A DNA stretch of 64,000 nucleotides from Candidatus Marinacidobacterales bacterium (GTDB taxonomy: Bacteria; Acidobacteriota; Vicinamibacteria; Marinacidobacterales; DATDRI01): positions 3,904,001-3,968,000 of the forward strand of contig CBDCNP010000002.1 of NCBI GenBank assembly GCA_965219415.1, read 5' to 3'. This document shows positions 50,240 to 61,639 of this stretch, in pieces (within the stretch, counting starts at the first letter, position 1; every line of letters begins with the position of its first letter). The notes below the pieces were generated by a model. It was given only the letters and a program-made list of their open reading frames with translations, was not told the origin of the DNA and did not search any database. Position numbers and translations under genes: made by a program.

Positions 50240-50624
50240 GACGGTCGGGGTCAGGACGACAAGCAGCTCATCGTTCTGAACGAATGAAAATCAACTCGTC
50301 GGATCTGCATACCGGTGGGCAGCGATCAATTCAAACTTTGCCAGAGCCCTTGCCTGGTATCCATCGACCAATGTTCCTTTTCAGTGGCTCGATGCCAGAG
50401 GGAACGTAATGGTCGAGTCAACTTACTGGAAGGATGGCTGGATATGGATCGAGCCGCCGCGATTCGAGTCCCTTGGCGAGGGCTGGTTCGTCTCAGCCTC
50501 CCCCGCAGCCATTGAGGCAATCCGTCGGTTTGCACCCGAGACCGAGATTCATTTGTGGGTTCAGCGCCAATCGCACGGAAACCAGCCATACGAGGGTAAA
50601 TGGCACCTATCCCGGTCACTATGA
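50240..50624 (+). pseudogene. C-terminal fragment of a large protein, Avs2 (AVAST type 2)-like
   Basis: WAAINSNFARALAW..FQWLDARGNVMVESTYWKDG..PP..LGEGWFVSAS; resemblance recalled, not searched. Confidence 0.45.
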
Positions 50625-50721
50625 ACGCCCACGCTTTGGGGTGTCTACTAACGTATTTGCGGCCTATGCGGAGGCGGTGCAATGAGGGTGGCGGCGGGCA
50701 ATGAGGTCCGGGCGTACCTGG

Positions 50722-51156
50722 TGTCAACGCCGGCCGAAAACTGCACATTCATGGCGGGTGAAAATTGCACACCCGACGATTGGGTGACGAACCCTAAGAC
50801 GCCGACACCTCCGGGAATTTCTTGCGAGCGTTAGCCGGCGGGCGAGGCTCGTCCGAGCCCGCCGGATGGAGCGCCTGCCACAGCTCGGAGTGCTCGCGCA
50901 TGCGGTAGCTGTTGCCGCGGATGTTGATGACGTGGCAGTGGTGAAGGATTCGGTCGATGAGCGCCGCCGCCATGACGTCGTCGCCCATGATCTCGCCCCA
51001 CTTCCTCGAAGCTCTTGTTGGACGTGAGCACGGTGGAGGCGCGCTCGTAGCGACGGCTCATGAGCTGGAAGAAGAGCACGGTGCCGGTCTGGTTGACGGG
51101 CAAGTAGCCGAGCCCATCGACGACGAGAAGCGAGGGGTGGCTGAGAACGGCGAGCC
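50722..51156 (-). mobile_element. istB: IS21-family 3' remnant (istB tail plus end)
   Basis: LTSNK, AALIDRILHH, GNSYRMR; end TGTCAACGCCGGCCGAAAACTGCACA with internal repeat GAAAATTGCACA. Confidence 0.88.
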
Positions 51157-51278
51157 CGTCGTGTCCAAAAACACAAACGCACTCAAGATCCTTGCGCCGC
51201 CTTGGCCCGGTCGCAAACACAGACACTAAACTGTTGATTTGTGGTCATTTCAAAAGGGCCGAGTTTTGGCACAGGACG
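51157..51278. mobile_element. 122-bp hybrid mini-element (rve-B end plus rve-A end)
   Basis: CGTCGTGTCCAAAAA ... TTTTGGCACAGGACG. Confidence 0.75.
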
Positions 51279-51366
51279 ACGTCGTGTCTATTTCACTCGG
51301 AAGCTCTCTCCATCCGACAATGTGAGTTGTGTACCGTCGAAGCTCGCGGTCGTCGTGTCGTCGCGC

Positions 51367-52453
51367 TGCCTTGGTGCACAACTCGCGATCTCGGTCCACA
51401 ACTGTCCTGTACTCGCGGATACGAGGTTCCCCATGAGCATTTTCAAACGCACTCAGCGGAAGTATGTGAAGAAGGCCTATCGCGTGAGGAATTGGCGTGA
51501 ATATGAGGCGGGTCTACGCAACCGCGGGAGCCTGACCGTCTGGATCTCGCTCACCGCCGGCAAGCTTGTGAACTGGGACGCGCCCCGGCCAAGGAGGAGG
51601 AAACCGGGCCGTCAACGCAAGTACTCGAACCACGCCATCGAGACGGCTGTCACCCTGGGCATGGTGTTTCATCTGTCATCTAGGCAGAGCGAGGGATTGC
51701 TGCGGTCGTTGTTCGCTCTGATGAAGCTAGACAATGATGTGCCCGATCACACCACGATCTCGAGGCGCAAGCCAAAGCTGGGTAAGGTCCCCTTCTACCA
51801 AGTCAAGCAGAAGACGCCGTTGCACATCTTGATCGACAGCAGCGGTCTCGCTGTCCACGCCGGCCAGCTGCGCAGAGCACAAAAGAGCAGGGACTATCGC
51901 AAGCTCCATCTGTGTGTCGACGAGCAGAGTGGCGAAGTCGTCGCCGGCGAGCTGACGAGCAAAAGAGCCCGCGATTCATCGCGGGTTGCATCGCTTGTCG
52001 GACAGATCGACAGTCCCATCTCATCGGCCAGAGCTGACACCGCATACGACGCCGGCGGCGTCTATGAGGCAATCGAGAATCACAGCGCTCATCGCTCGCC
52101 GAGGGTGCTGATACCGCCGCGCAAGGGCGCCCTGCTCGCATCGGGGCCGGCGAGCAGCCGACAGCGCAATCGCAACATTGCAGCACAAGCTCGGCTCGGC
52201 AAACGAAAGTGGCACACAGAATCGGGCTACAGCAAACGGAGCAAAGTCGAGACAACGTTCCATCGCTACAAGGCTATCGTGGGCTCAGCGATGCGAGCGA
52301 GAGGGTTGGCGGCACAGAGAGGTGAGGCAAGGATCGGGTGCAAGATTCTCAACACCATGACGGCGCTCGGGATGCCTGATAGCGAGATGATCGGATGATG
52401 GGAGTCGGGGCCAAGCGAGCTCTCGGCCTCTATCGGAGTTGTGCACCAAGGCA
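51367..52453 (+). mobile_element. IS5-family element, copy 2
   Basis: Same IRs and length as copy 1. Confidence 0.92.
51433..52398 (+). CDS. IS5-family transposase
   Basis: Near-identical to 1445-2410. Confidence 0.92.
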   Translation: MSIFKRTQRKYVKKAYRVRNWREYEAGLRNRGSLTVWISLTAGKLVNWDAPRPRRRKPGRQRKYSNHAIETAVTLGMVFHLSSRQSEGLLRSLFALMKLDNDVPDHTTISRRKPKLGKVPFYQVKQKTPLHILIDSSGLAVHAGQLRRAQKSRDYRKLHLCVDEQSGEVVAGELTSKRARDSSRVASLVGQIDSPISSARADTAYDAGGVYEAIENHSAHRSPRVLIPPRKGALLASGPASSRQRNRNIAAQARLGKRKWHTESGYSKRSKVETTFHRYKAIVGSAMRARGLAAQRGEARIGCKILNTMTALGMPDSEMIG

Positions 52454-53079
52454 GCTCTTGATCGACAAAACAAACCTTTCGATATAGGCGTTCAGATTCG
52501 GAGAACGGTACGGCAGCCGAATGACATCTGTTCCAGCGTGCTCGAGCAAGTGGCGAAACTCCATGGTGAACTTCTGGTCGCACCGCGAATGCGTGTATAC
52601 CCCCACCTCGGATTCGACTTCGCCATCTCCACGACGAGCTCGCTGATCTCCGCCATGACCCGAGGCCGTCCGAGCTGTTTCCGACGCGCGCTGTAGTCCC
52701 ACTTCCGTGCAATGAGCCTTCGGTGCCAAGCCAGCAGCGTTTCCGGAGTGACGATACCGGCAACTTCTGCCAAGAGTTTCCGGCCAAGCGCCTTACCCTT
52801 TACCGCGAGCCGACATCGCTCGTCATCCGTCAGACGAAGCTTCCTCCCGCAAAACCGAGCCTTGAGGACTCTGTTCTCTTCGAGCAAGTAGGCGATAGCC
52901 GCCTGTTGGTCACGCTGGAGCCAACCGGCGATGGCGACTAGCAACAGTGTCAAGGGTTGGATCGGCGTCCTCATGACCGAGGATTCTAGCTTCCATTGGC
53001 GAACCAAGCCTAGGCGCCTCTAATCCGAAACGCCCCGGCGCGCGGGGTCTTGAGTTCGTTTGTATTTTTGGACACGACG
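52454..53079 (-). mobile_element. rve family B element, internally deleted, cut by IS5
   Basis: Left end at 53079; N-terminus to WGYTRIRGA joined to RDQKF..SPNLNAYIERFV. Confidence 0.85.
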
Positions 53080-53165
53080 GGCATAGGTTGCGAGCGAACG
53101 CGATGGCGTCCAGAACAATAGACCGGATATTCGAAAACAGTTCCACGAGCGAGCCTTTCCACGTT

Positions 53166-53268
53166 CCTAAGACGCCGGTGGCGTCTTAGGGTCGACCGGC
53201 GCGAAGCGGCCGAGCAGGGCAAGTCTAAACCGCATAATCAACGCCGGATCGACTTTTTGCGGAGCACA
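53166..53268. mobile_element. rve-C end with subterminal hairpin
   Basis: Reverse complement homologous to 62762-62865; CCTAAGACGCC-GGT-GGCGTCTTAGG. Confidence 0.75.
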
Positions 53269-53853
53269 GTCCCAGTGACTCCGAAGAAACTGCGCCCATG
53301 TCGTCCTTCGCCGGCGAAACGGTGCCGGTTCGATACCGTCATCCTTAAAGATCCGCTTCACCGTGTTCGGCGCGACCTTGTGGCCCAGGTTGGCCATAGC
53401 TTCTTGGATTCGAGCGTAGCCCCAAGACGGGCTCGACTTGGCCATGCGCACGACCAACTCCTCGATTTCCAACGAGATAGGCGGACGCCCCGTTTGACGA
53501 CGAGGGTACGTCCATTTCCTCGCGATGAGCTCACGGTGCCATCGGAGGAGCGTATCCGGGGTGACCAGAGTTGCCACTTCCGCGAGGAGTTTCCGTCCAA
53601 GCTCTTTCCCCTTGGCCACAAGCCGTCGACGCTGCTCGTCGCTCAAGCACAACCGCTGACCGAGCTGCGCCTTCAAAACACGGTTCTCCTCCTGCAGATA
53701 CTCAAGGACCTTCTGCTGCTCCTGGTTCAGCCAACCGGCCAGGAGCGAGACCAGGAAGATTTGTGGCGAGACAAATGGGCTCATCGCAAGCATCGTAGCC
53801 GAAGTCACTTACGGCTGCGGAAGATGACCGGCTGAGTTTTTGCACCATAAGGG
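53269..53853 (-). mobile_element. 5' half of a further rve transposase with its left end
   Basis: LAGWLNQEQQ..EENRVL..TPDTLLRWH..GIEPAP..WAQFLRSHW; end CCCTTATGGTGCAAAAACTC. Confidence 0.85.
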
Positions 53854-53858
53854 CTCGG

Positions 53859-56348
53859 TTAATCTCGTTCCCAAGTCCCGTATTCGTTCAAAGCACTCCA
53901 CTCGTCGCCCCGCCGGGAACGTCCCTTGAGATGGGGAGAGAAAGGAACCGTCGAAACGGCTTCGCTGAAACTGTGTGCTGTGAAGTTTCGTGGGTCGCTT
54001 CCATCAATGGTGTAGTAGACCTTTTCCGCTCCTGCCGGGCGCCGGATGGTGATGCTGTCAGAAGCTCGTTCGAACACCGGCGGGTCGATGGTGGGATAGT
54101 AATCATGGTCCCGGAGCGCCCGAATGAACCTTTCGACGTTTCCGTCCATCAAATCTAGAACATAATCCCGCGCCCGCTTCCAATGCACATCCCGCGTGCG
54201 GGGACGATTCTCCCTTCCAGGGTTCGCGTCGCCCCACCGGGCCGACTCACAAAGCATCGCCGACTCCACATAATCCGCTAGCTTTCGGAAATTGGCCTTG
54301 TTTACACTGTCCGCGAGGGGGCCGCCATTGTAGCAGGCACGATAGACGCGATCCGCAAACTCCAGCCGGAACTCTGGGCTGTCCGCCAAGGCCATCCATA
54401 GTTGGTGTAGCACGGACGTTCCGCCCGACACGAAACTTGGCGGAACCCAAGCCCCCGCATGCCCGAAAAAGTCATGCCCGGATTTGTCGAAGAACCCATA
54501 GCTTATCTCCGCATCCCAGCAGAAATACAGTCCGGCACCGGGAGGGTGAATCCGAATCCCTCCGTACCAATTCTGTCGCCCCCAATCCCCTGTGCCGGAA
54601 AACCAATTGAGCAGGATGTAGTCGCTAAACTGAGCTGTATTCAATAGGGTTTCCATCTCCAGGTACTTTGCGGGCTTCGAGAGGTCATGCTTACGCGCAT
54701 AACGGTACATGGTGATATACCAGCGCGGGTGGTTCGGCTTGCCGACTACGCCGGAATGGTTGATAGCAAACCAGTCAGCCGAATCACCACCATAGTACGA
54801 AGCGAGAAAACGCCGATCCGGACGCTCCACCGCGTTGTATACGCCCCAGTAAATCCCGTTCAGGTAGAGATGCACGAAAATGCCGTGCGCTGCCGTACCG
54901 CTCAAAGAAAGCTGTGAGTCCCGAACGTGTTGGTCGCGGACATAAACCGCCAACTCACTGATATCGCTGATATCGCCTCTCGACCAGTTTTCTTGCCTCC
55001 CTGCCCGAAGAACTAGGGTGTTAAACTCTTTCACGGCAGATTCGGCATGGTGCACGGCGCTCTCGAAAAAAGGGTATCTCAACATTCCCGGACCGAAGTC
55101 TTTGCTGAAGACCAGGCGGAACGATCGCTTTTCTTTGGGAAGCGTCCGACTACGCACTCTAATTCCGCAATCGACCTGAAAGCCCTCGAAGTCGGAAAAC
55201 TTGCTGGGATAGAGGAGCTCAACCGAAGTGGGACGGGTTAGTGGATCCTTATCGTCGTCTCCGTTCGTGATCCTGGTCAAGTAGAGCCCTTGGCTCTCAT
55301 TAAAGAGGTGGTCCACGTCCATGACGATGGAGAGGGTGGGAATCGATGTCAGTCCTTCCACGAACTCCCGCTGGTTACTCGTGTTCACGACATCGGGATC
55401 GATCCCAACGTCGAGATCTGTGTACGGAGCCATGTTGAAGGAGCGAAACGGGGCCGGATAATCGAATGGCAGAGTCGCTTGCTCCTTCACCGTGGTCGGA
55501 AATATATAGGTATGGGTGTCAACGTTTGTGCTCGTCGCACCAGGTTTGTACGCCATGGCCCGAAGGACGGTCGTTTTATCCACAAGAACCTTGTTGCCGA
55601 CGATTCCATGACTCACGCTCGGTTTACTACCGTCGGTGGTATAGACGATCGTTGCACCGGGAGTATCGGTGGTGATGATCACTTCGAAAGGGGTCTCATA
55701 GAAGCCGCGGTCGTGGCTGAACTTCGTATCGCCTACTGAGTGCGTCCGGCGGGGTCGGCGATGCCAATCATTGAAGAGCTCGACCGATTGCCCCAACCGG
55801 ACGTTCGCAGGAGCGCTCGCAAGAACCGGATAGCCCCAAACCGGAACGAGCGATTGCTGATGCACCGCGACCGAGGCCTCCAGCACAGGCCGCGCCGTGA
55901 ATATCAGCGAGACCGCTTTCCCCTCCCACGGAGTGAGATCAACCATGCGGTCGTTCCAAAGATTTCCCCCATACGCAGCGAGGGTCTCGCGAAACCCGCG
56001 CCTCCGCTTGCTATCGACTTCGACCTCGATCAGAAACTCAGTCTCGGGCAGACCGGCACTGGGTGTGCCCAATACGGCCATCGAGAACTGGAGCACGGCG
56101 TTCTGCGGTACCTTGAGCGGGGACACCCACGTCGAACCGTCTAACGCCGTTCGGGACTCTCCTTCCAACACCACTTCCCTGGAAGACTGAGAAGGAGCGA
56201 GAAGGGAAACAGAGCGCGTTCTCGGTAAGTCGCTACAAGCCCCTCCGGATGCTAGCAGCATCAGAACAAACGTGCCGGTTCGTCTCCCTATCAAGTGTTG
56301 CGAGCTTATCAAACGCGCGTTTCTAGGTGCAAGCCAAGGGCGTGGCAA
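53859..56348 (-). CDS. CotH kinase-family protein with CHB_HEX_C/Fn3-like domains
   Basis: YTTDGSKP and YYTIDGSDP; KRSFRL, NGIYWGVYNAVERPD, GDW..NWY, WDAE. True start uncertain. Confidence 0.8.
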   Translation of the reverse strand: MPRPWLAPRNARLISSQHLIGRRTGTFVLMLLASGGACSDLPRTRSVSLLAPSQSSREVVLEGESRTALDGSTWVSPLKVPQNAVLQFSMAVLGTPSAGLPETEFLIEVEVDSKRRRGFRETLAAYGGNLWNDRMVDLTPWEGKAVSLIFTARPVLEASVAVHQQSLVPVWGYPVLASAPANVRLGQSVELFNDWHRRPRRTHSVGDTKFSHDRGFYETPFEVIITTDTPGATIVYTTDGSKPSVSHGIVGNKVLVDKTTVLRAMAYKPGATSTNVDTHTYIFPTTVKEQATLPFDYPAPFRSFNMAPYTDLDVGIDPDVVNTSNQREFVEGLTSIPTLSIVMDVDHLFNESQGLYLTRITNGDDDKDPLTRPTSVELLYPSKFSDFEGFQVDCGIRVRSRTLPKEKRSFRLVFSKDFGPGMLRYPFFESAVHHAESAVKEFNTLVLRAGRQENWSRGDISDISELAVYVRDQHVRDSQLSLSGTAAHGIFVHLYLNGIYWGVYNAVERPDRRFLASYYGGDSADWFAINHSGVVGKPNHPRWYITMYRYARKHDLSKPAKYLEMETLLNTAQFSDYILLNWFSGTGDWGRQNWYGGIRIHPPGAGLYFCWDAEISYGFFDKSGHDFFGHAGAWVPPSFVSGGTSVLHQLWMALADSPEFRLEFADRVYRACYNGGPLADSVNKANFRKLADYVESAMLCESARWGDANPGRENRPRTRDVHWKRARDYVLDLMDGNVERFIRALRDHDYYPTIDPPVFERASDSITIRRPAGAEKVYYTIDGSDPRNFTAHSFSEAVSTVPFSPHLKGRSRRGDEWSALNEYGTWERD

Positions 56349-56370
56349 AGCTCAAAAGCGGGCTATTTTG

Positions 56371-57457
56371 TGCCTTGGTGCACAACTCCGATAGAGGCCG
56401 AGAGCTCGCTTGGCCCCGACTCCCATCATCCGATCATCTCGCTATCAGGCATCCCGAGCGCCGTCATGGTGTTGAGAATCTTGCACCCGATCCTTGCCTC
56501 ACCTCTCTGTGCCGCCAACCCTCTCGCTCGCATCGCTGAGCCCACGATAGCCTTGTAGCGATGGAACGTTGTCTCGACTTTGCTCCGTTTGCTGTAGCCC
56601 GATTCTGTGTGCCACTTTCGTTTGCCGAGCCGAGCTTGTGCTGCAATGTTGCGATTGCGCTGTCGGCTGCTCGCCGGCCTCGATGCGAGCAGGGCGCCCT
56701 TGCGCGGCGGTATCAGCACCCTCGGCGAGCGATGAGCGCTGTGATTCTCGATTGCCTCATAGACGCCGCCGGCGTCGTATGCGGTGTCAGCTCTGGCCGA
56801 TGAGATGGGACTGTCGATCTGTCCGACAAGCGATGCAACCCGCGATGAATCGCGGGCTCTTTTGCTCGTCAGCTCGCCGGCGACGACTTCGCCACTCTGC
56901 TCGTCGACACACAGATGGAGCTTGCGATAGTCCCTGCTCTTTTGTGCTCTGCGCAGCTGGCCGGCGTGGACAGCGAGACCGCTGCTGTCGAACAAGATGT
57001 GCAACGGCGTCTTCTGCTTGACTGGGTAGAAGGGGACCTTACCCAGCTTCGGCTTGCGCCTCGAGATCGTGGTGTGATCGGGCACATCATTGTCTAGCTT
57101 CATCAGAGCGAACAACGACCGCAGCAATCCCTCGCTCTGCCTAGATGACAGATGAAACACCATGCCCAGGGTGACAGCCGTCTCGATGGCGTGGTTCGAG
57201 TATTTGCGTTGACGGCCCGGTTTCCTCCTCCTTGGCCGGGGCGCGTCCCAGTTCACAAGCTTGCCGGCGGTGAGCGAGATCCAGACGGTCAGGCTCCCGC
57301 GGTTGCGTAGACCCGCCTCATATTCACGCCAATTCCTCACGCGATAGGCCTTCTTCACATACTTCCGCTGAGTGCGTTTGAAAATGCTCATGGGGAACCT
57401 CGTATCCGCGAGTACAGGACAATTGTGAACCGAGATCGCGAATTGTGCACCAAGGCA
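56371..57457 (-). mobile_element. IS5-family element, copy 3
   Basis: Same IRs and length, inverted. Confidence 0.92.
56426..57391 (-). CDS. IS5-family transposase
   Basis: 321 aa, near-identical to the other copies. Confidence 0.92.
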   Translation of the reverse strand: MSIFKRTQRKYVKKAYRVRNWREYEAGLRNRGSLTVWISLTAGKLVNWDAPRPRRRKPGRQRKYSNHAIETAVTLGMVFHLSSRQSEGLLRSLFALMKLDNDVPDHTTISRRKPKLGKVPFYPVKQKTPLHILFDSSGLAVHAGQLRRAQKSRDYRKLHLCVDEQSGEVVAGELTSKRARDSSRVASLVGQIDSPISSARADTAYDAGGVYEAIENHSAHRSPRVLIPPRKGALLASRPASSRQRNRNIAAQARLGKRKWHTESGYSKRSKVETTFHRYKAIVGSAMRARGLAAQRGEARIGCKILNTMTALGMPDSEMIG

Positions 57458-57487
57458 ACGAATTGCCTGTTTTTCCCTGTTTTTCCC

Positions 57488-58559
<1,072 letters not shown>

Positions 58560-58660
58560 CTAGCCGAGTTTCGCAAGGACACTTCTTGCCACGCCTTTGC
58601 AGCCCTTGACGGCCGCGTTCCCACGGTTTAAGTAGAGGCTCCGGACAGGAGGTATTCGAA

Positions 58661-59400
58661 ATGCGGAAGCTTTGCAAGCATTCTGGTTTTGGTGTTGTCG
58701 ACGGCGGTTGGCGCGATGGCACAGTCCACCGATTCCGAGGTCAAGGCCATCGTGGGAGCCAACGTCGTGGATATTGACGGCGGAGAGCCAGTCCGCGATG
58801 CCGTGGTGGTGATCGTGGGTGAGCGGATTTCGGCTATTGGCCCGGCCTCAAGCACCCCCGTACCAACCGGTGCCGAGGTGATCCACGCTGACGGCATGTG
58901 GCTTGTTCCCGGGCTCATGAACATGCACGTGCACTTTGGCCTCAAACTGCCAGGCAAGATGCAGGCCGAACTGGCCAACGAAAAAGACACCGAACTCGCC
59001 CTCCGAGTGGCCTACAATGCTCGACAGTCGCTACTATCCGGCGTCACGACCATACGAAGTACCGGTGACACGGGTGCCGCATCGATTGCCCTCGATAAGG
59101 CGATCAAGAAGGGCCAGGCTATCGGGCCTCGCATCTTCAGTCCCAGCGACGCCGTTCCCATCTCCGGCGGCCATGGGGCGAGACATGGCGAAACCTACGA
59201 TGGTCCTTATGAGCTCATGAAGGCGGTTCGAGAACGTGTGAGTGATGGGGCTAGCTGGATCAAGATAGCGATCTCCGGAGGCATCGCGAGCCAAGGGGGC
59301 GCCATTGCAGAAGCCACGATGACGCCTGAGGAGATGGAAGCGGTGATCGACTCGGCCCACCGTTTCGGGCGCAAGGTAACTGCGCACTCCGGCTCCCACT
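58661..59400 (+). pseudogene. Amidohydrolase, frameshifted signal region and 3'-truncated
   Basis: PGLMNMHVH, WIKIAISGG, VTAHSG, then an rve scrap at 59395-59434. Confidence 0.85.
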
Positions 59401-59442
59401 TCCGTGCAATGAGTCTTCGGGTGCCAAATCAGCAGCTCCCCT

Positions 59443-60878
59443 GAAAGTGTGCCAATCTTAGTTGGGAATTGAAACGGCTCCAAACCCCGTGGTTTGATGG
59501 GCGTTGGACAAAACAAAATCAAGCCGCGAAGAAAGGAGCCGAGATGGGAAGTCTGCTACGTTCGGTCAAGAAACGCAAGAAGTCGCGTCGTTTGGGTGAG
59601 GTCGAGATGGTGAGGCACGAGGATTACGGGGAACTCGTGCTGGACGCCAAGGTAGAGATGATCCGTTGGTTGGTCCCCCTTGGTCTAATGCACGTTCACG
59701 AGTTGCTCGACGACGAAGTGAAGGCGTTGGCGGGAGAGCGATACTCTCGCAAGGACGAGCTGGAGCGCGGTCGCCGTCCCGGAAGCAACCCGGGCACGGT
59801 AGGGCTTGGCGGCCAGCGGGTACCGATCCGTGTGCCACGGGTTCGGAGCATCGAGGGAGGAGAGATTCCGCTTCGCTGCTACGAGGCGGTGAGCCACGGC
59901 GGTGAGGTGAATGATCTTCTGCTGAAACGAGTTCTCTACGGAATCTCTTGTCGCAACTACGAGGCGGCAGCGGAAGCGATTCCGGGCGCCATCGGGCTGT
60001 CGAGCTCAACGGTGTCCCGAGGGTTCGTGCAAGCGAGCGCTGCGAAGCTGCGGGAGATGCAGGAACGGGATCTGACCGGCGAGGATGTGGTGGCGCTGTT
60101 TCTGGATGGGAAGACATTCGCCGAGGCAACGATGGTCGTGGCTCTGGGCATCACGCTTTGCGGGGAAAAACGCTTCTTGGGCTTCGTGGAGACGGACACG
60201 GAGAACGCGCAGGTGTTGACGCCGTTCCTGCGTTCACTGCTCGAGCGGGGACTCGATATCTCCCAGGGTCTGCTGGTGATCATCGACGGCGGCAAGGGTC
60301 TCCAAGCGGCAGTCAAGAAGGCATTCCGTAAGCGGGCCCTGATACAACGCTGCCAGTGGCACAAACGTGAAAACGTAGTGAGCTACCTGTCCAAGGGCGA
60401 GCAGGCGTCATGGCGCAAGCGGCTCCAGTGGGCCTACAACAGGCCGGAGTACGAAGAGGCCCTCACTGCGCTCGAGCAACTCCACGGTGAGTTAGAAGAG
60501 CGGAACCAATCCGCAGCTGGCAGCCTGGAGGAAGGCCTCGAGGAGACGCTGACGTTGCATCGACTCGGCGTGCACGCGGTGCTGGGCCGTTCGTTCAAGA
60601 CGACGAACTGCCTTGAGTCCGTCAATGCTCTCGTCGAGGAACGCTGCGCGAAGGTCGACCACTGGAAGAACTCGAGCCAACGCCAGCGCTGGTTGGCAAC
60701 GGCGCTCGTAGACATCGAACCGCGCTTGAGGAAGGTGGTGGGCTACCGCCATCTTCCCAAGTTTCGCGAAGCTCTCAAGCGGGAACTGAAGATCGAGGCG
60801 AAGACATCAACCGTATCGAAGAAGAAGGTCGCTTAAACGTGAGCCGTGGAGAGTTTCAACTAAGAATGGGCTTGACTC
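59443..60878 (+). mobile_element. IS256-family element with 8-bp target duplication
   Basis: GCTCCCCT at 59435-59442 and 60879-60886; imperfect IRs sharing CCA.TCTTAGTTG. Confidence 0.92.
59544..60836 (+). CDS. IS256-family transposase
   Basis: [26 protein letters not shown]. Confidence 0.92.
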   Translation: MGSLLRSVKKRKKSRRLGEVEMVRHEDYGELVLDAKVEMIRWLVPLGLMHVHELLDDEVKALAGERYSRKDELERGRRPGSNPGTVGLGGQRVPIRVPRVRSIEGGEIPLRCYEAVSHGGEVNDLLLKRVLYGISCRNYEAAAEAIPGAIGLSSSTVSRGFVQASAAKLREMQERDLTGEDVVALFLDGKTFAEATMVVALGITLCGEKRFLGFVETDTENAQVLTPFLRSLLERGLDISQGLLVIIDGGKGLQAAVKKAFRKRALIQRCQWHKRENVVSYLSKGEQASWRKRLQWAYNRPEYEEALTALEQLHGELEERNQSAAGSLEEGLEETLTLHRLGVHAVLGRSFKTTNCLESVNALVEERCAKVDHWKNSSQRQRWLATALVDIEPRLRKVVGYRHLPKFREALKRELKIEAKTSTVSKKKVA

Positions 60879-60920
60879 GCTCCCCTCGCTTCGGCGGGGG
60901 AGTTCAGACGCCAGCTCAAT

Positions 60921-60949
60921 TTGACAATACCGTCCGACGGGACGAAAAT
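60921..60949 (+). promoter_or_regulatory. Candidate sigma70 promoter
   Basis: TTGACA-17 nt-GAAAAT just after a UUCG hairpin. Confidence 0.4.
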
Positions 60950-61004
60950 CGTCCTTACGCTGGAGGCTGGGCATCGAGAATCCGAAGGGTCTTGGTCGTC
61001 GCGG

Positions 61005-61098
61005 CTGGGCGTTCGATTCGAGAATGGAGGGAGAGTAACGGAGTCATCGAAGGTTGCTGCTGCTTGAGCTTTTTTTACACACCTGTTGACAAGAGGTC
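61005..61098 (+). mobile_element. IS256-family 3' end scrap
   Basis: Matches the reverse complement of 21543-21635. Confidence 0.8.
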
Positions 61099-61161
61099 TC
61101 CTTCATTAACCCTCCTTCCTAGATCGTTCAGACTGGGAATGTGTCTCTTAAATGGATTCTG

Positions 61162-61189
61162 TCCGAAGCCCCGCGCGTGCGGGGGAACC
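61162..61189. CRISPR. Solitary type I-E-like CRISPR repeat (no array)
   Basis: CCCCGCGCGTGCGGGGGAACC resembles I-E repeats; possible partial second repeat at 61221. Confidence 0.35.
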
Positions 61190-61405
61190 GGCTACTCCAA
61201 TGCGAAGGTTCAAATCTCCGGGTTAAGCCCTGCGATTCTTGTCCGTTCATGGACTGCTCCAAAACCTCTTCCGTGTCGGACGACACCTGTTGCCAGCGCG
61301 ACATCACCGAGAGCTTCGAGGTCGCGCGTTCCTCGCTTGGGACGCACTAATGTGGGCGGCATGACTCGAACGGAGACGTCATGCCGACGGCACGCGCTTG
61401 CGCTC

Positions 61406-61639
61406 ATGGTGAGGCTTCCTGCGGGGCGCTTACATATGTCCTACGAAGCCCAGGTTCTGTGCTTTCTCACCGGCGCGAACTCCATCTCCACCGGTGAGAA
61501 ACTGTTGACGACGCTCAATCCGTCACGAAGTGATGATGATTCCCTGTTCGATCTGCTTGCCTTTAAGGTCAAGCCAGCTTTCGAGCAACCTTGTGGAAGC
61601 TTCTCGGCCTGGTGTAAGAGATGCCGGACGCTGATTTAG
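61406..61639 (+). pseudogene. bioB: Biotin synthase 3' remnant
   Basis: [34 protein letters not shown]. Confidence 0.85.

Noticed and set aside
60839-61639. 266-aa ORF
   Set aside because: Chance read-through across IS ends; only the last ~77 codons (bioB tail) look like protein.
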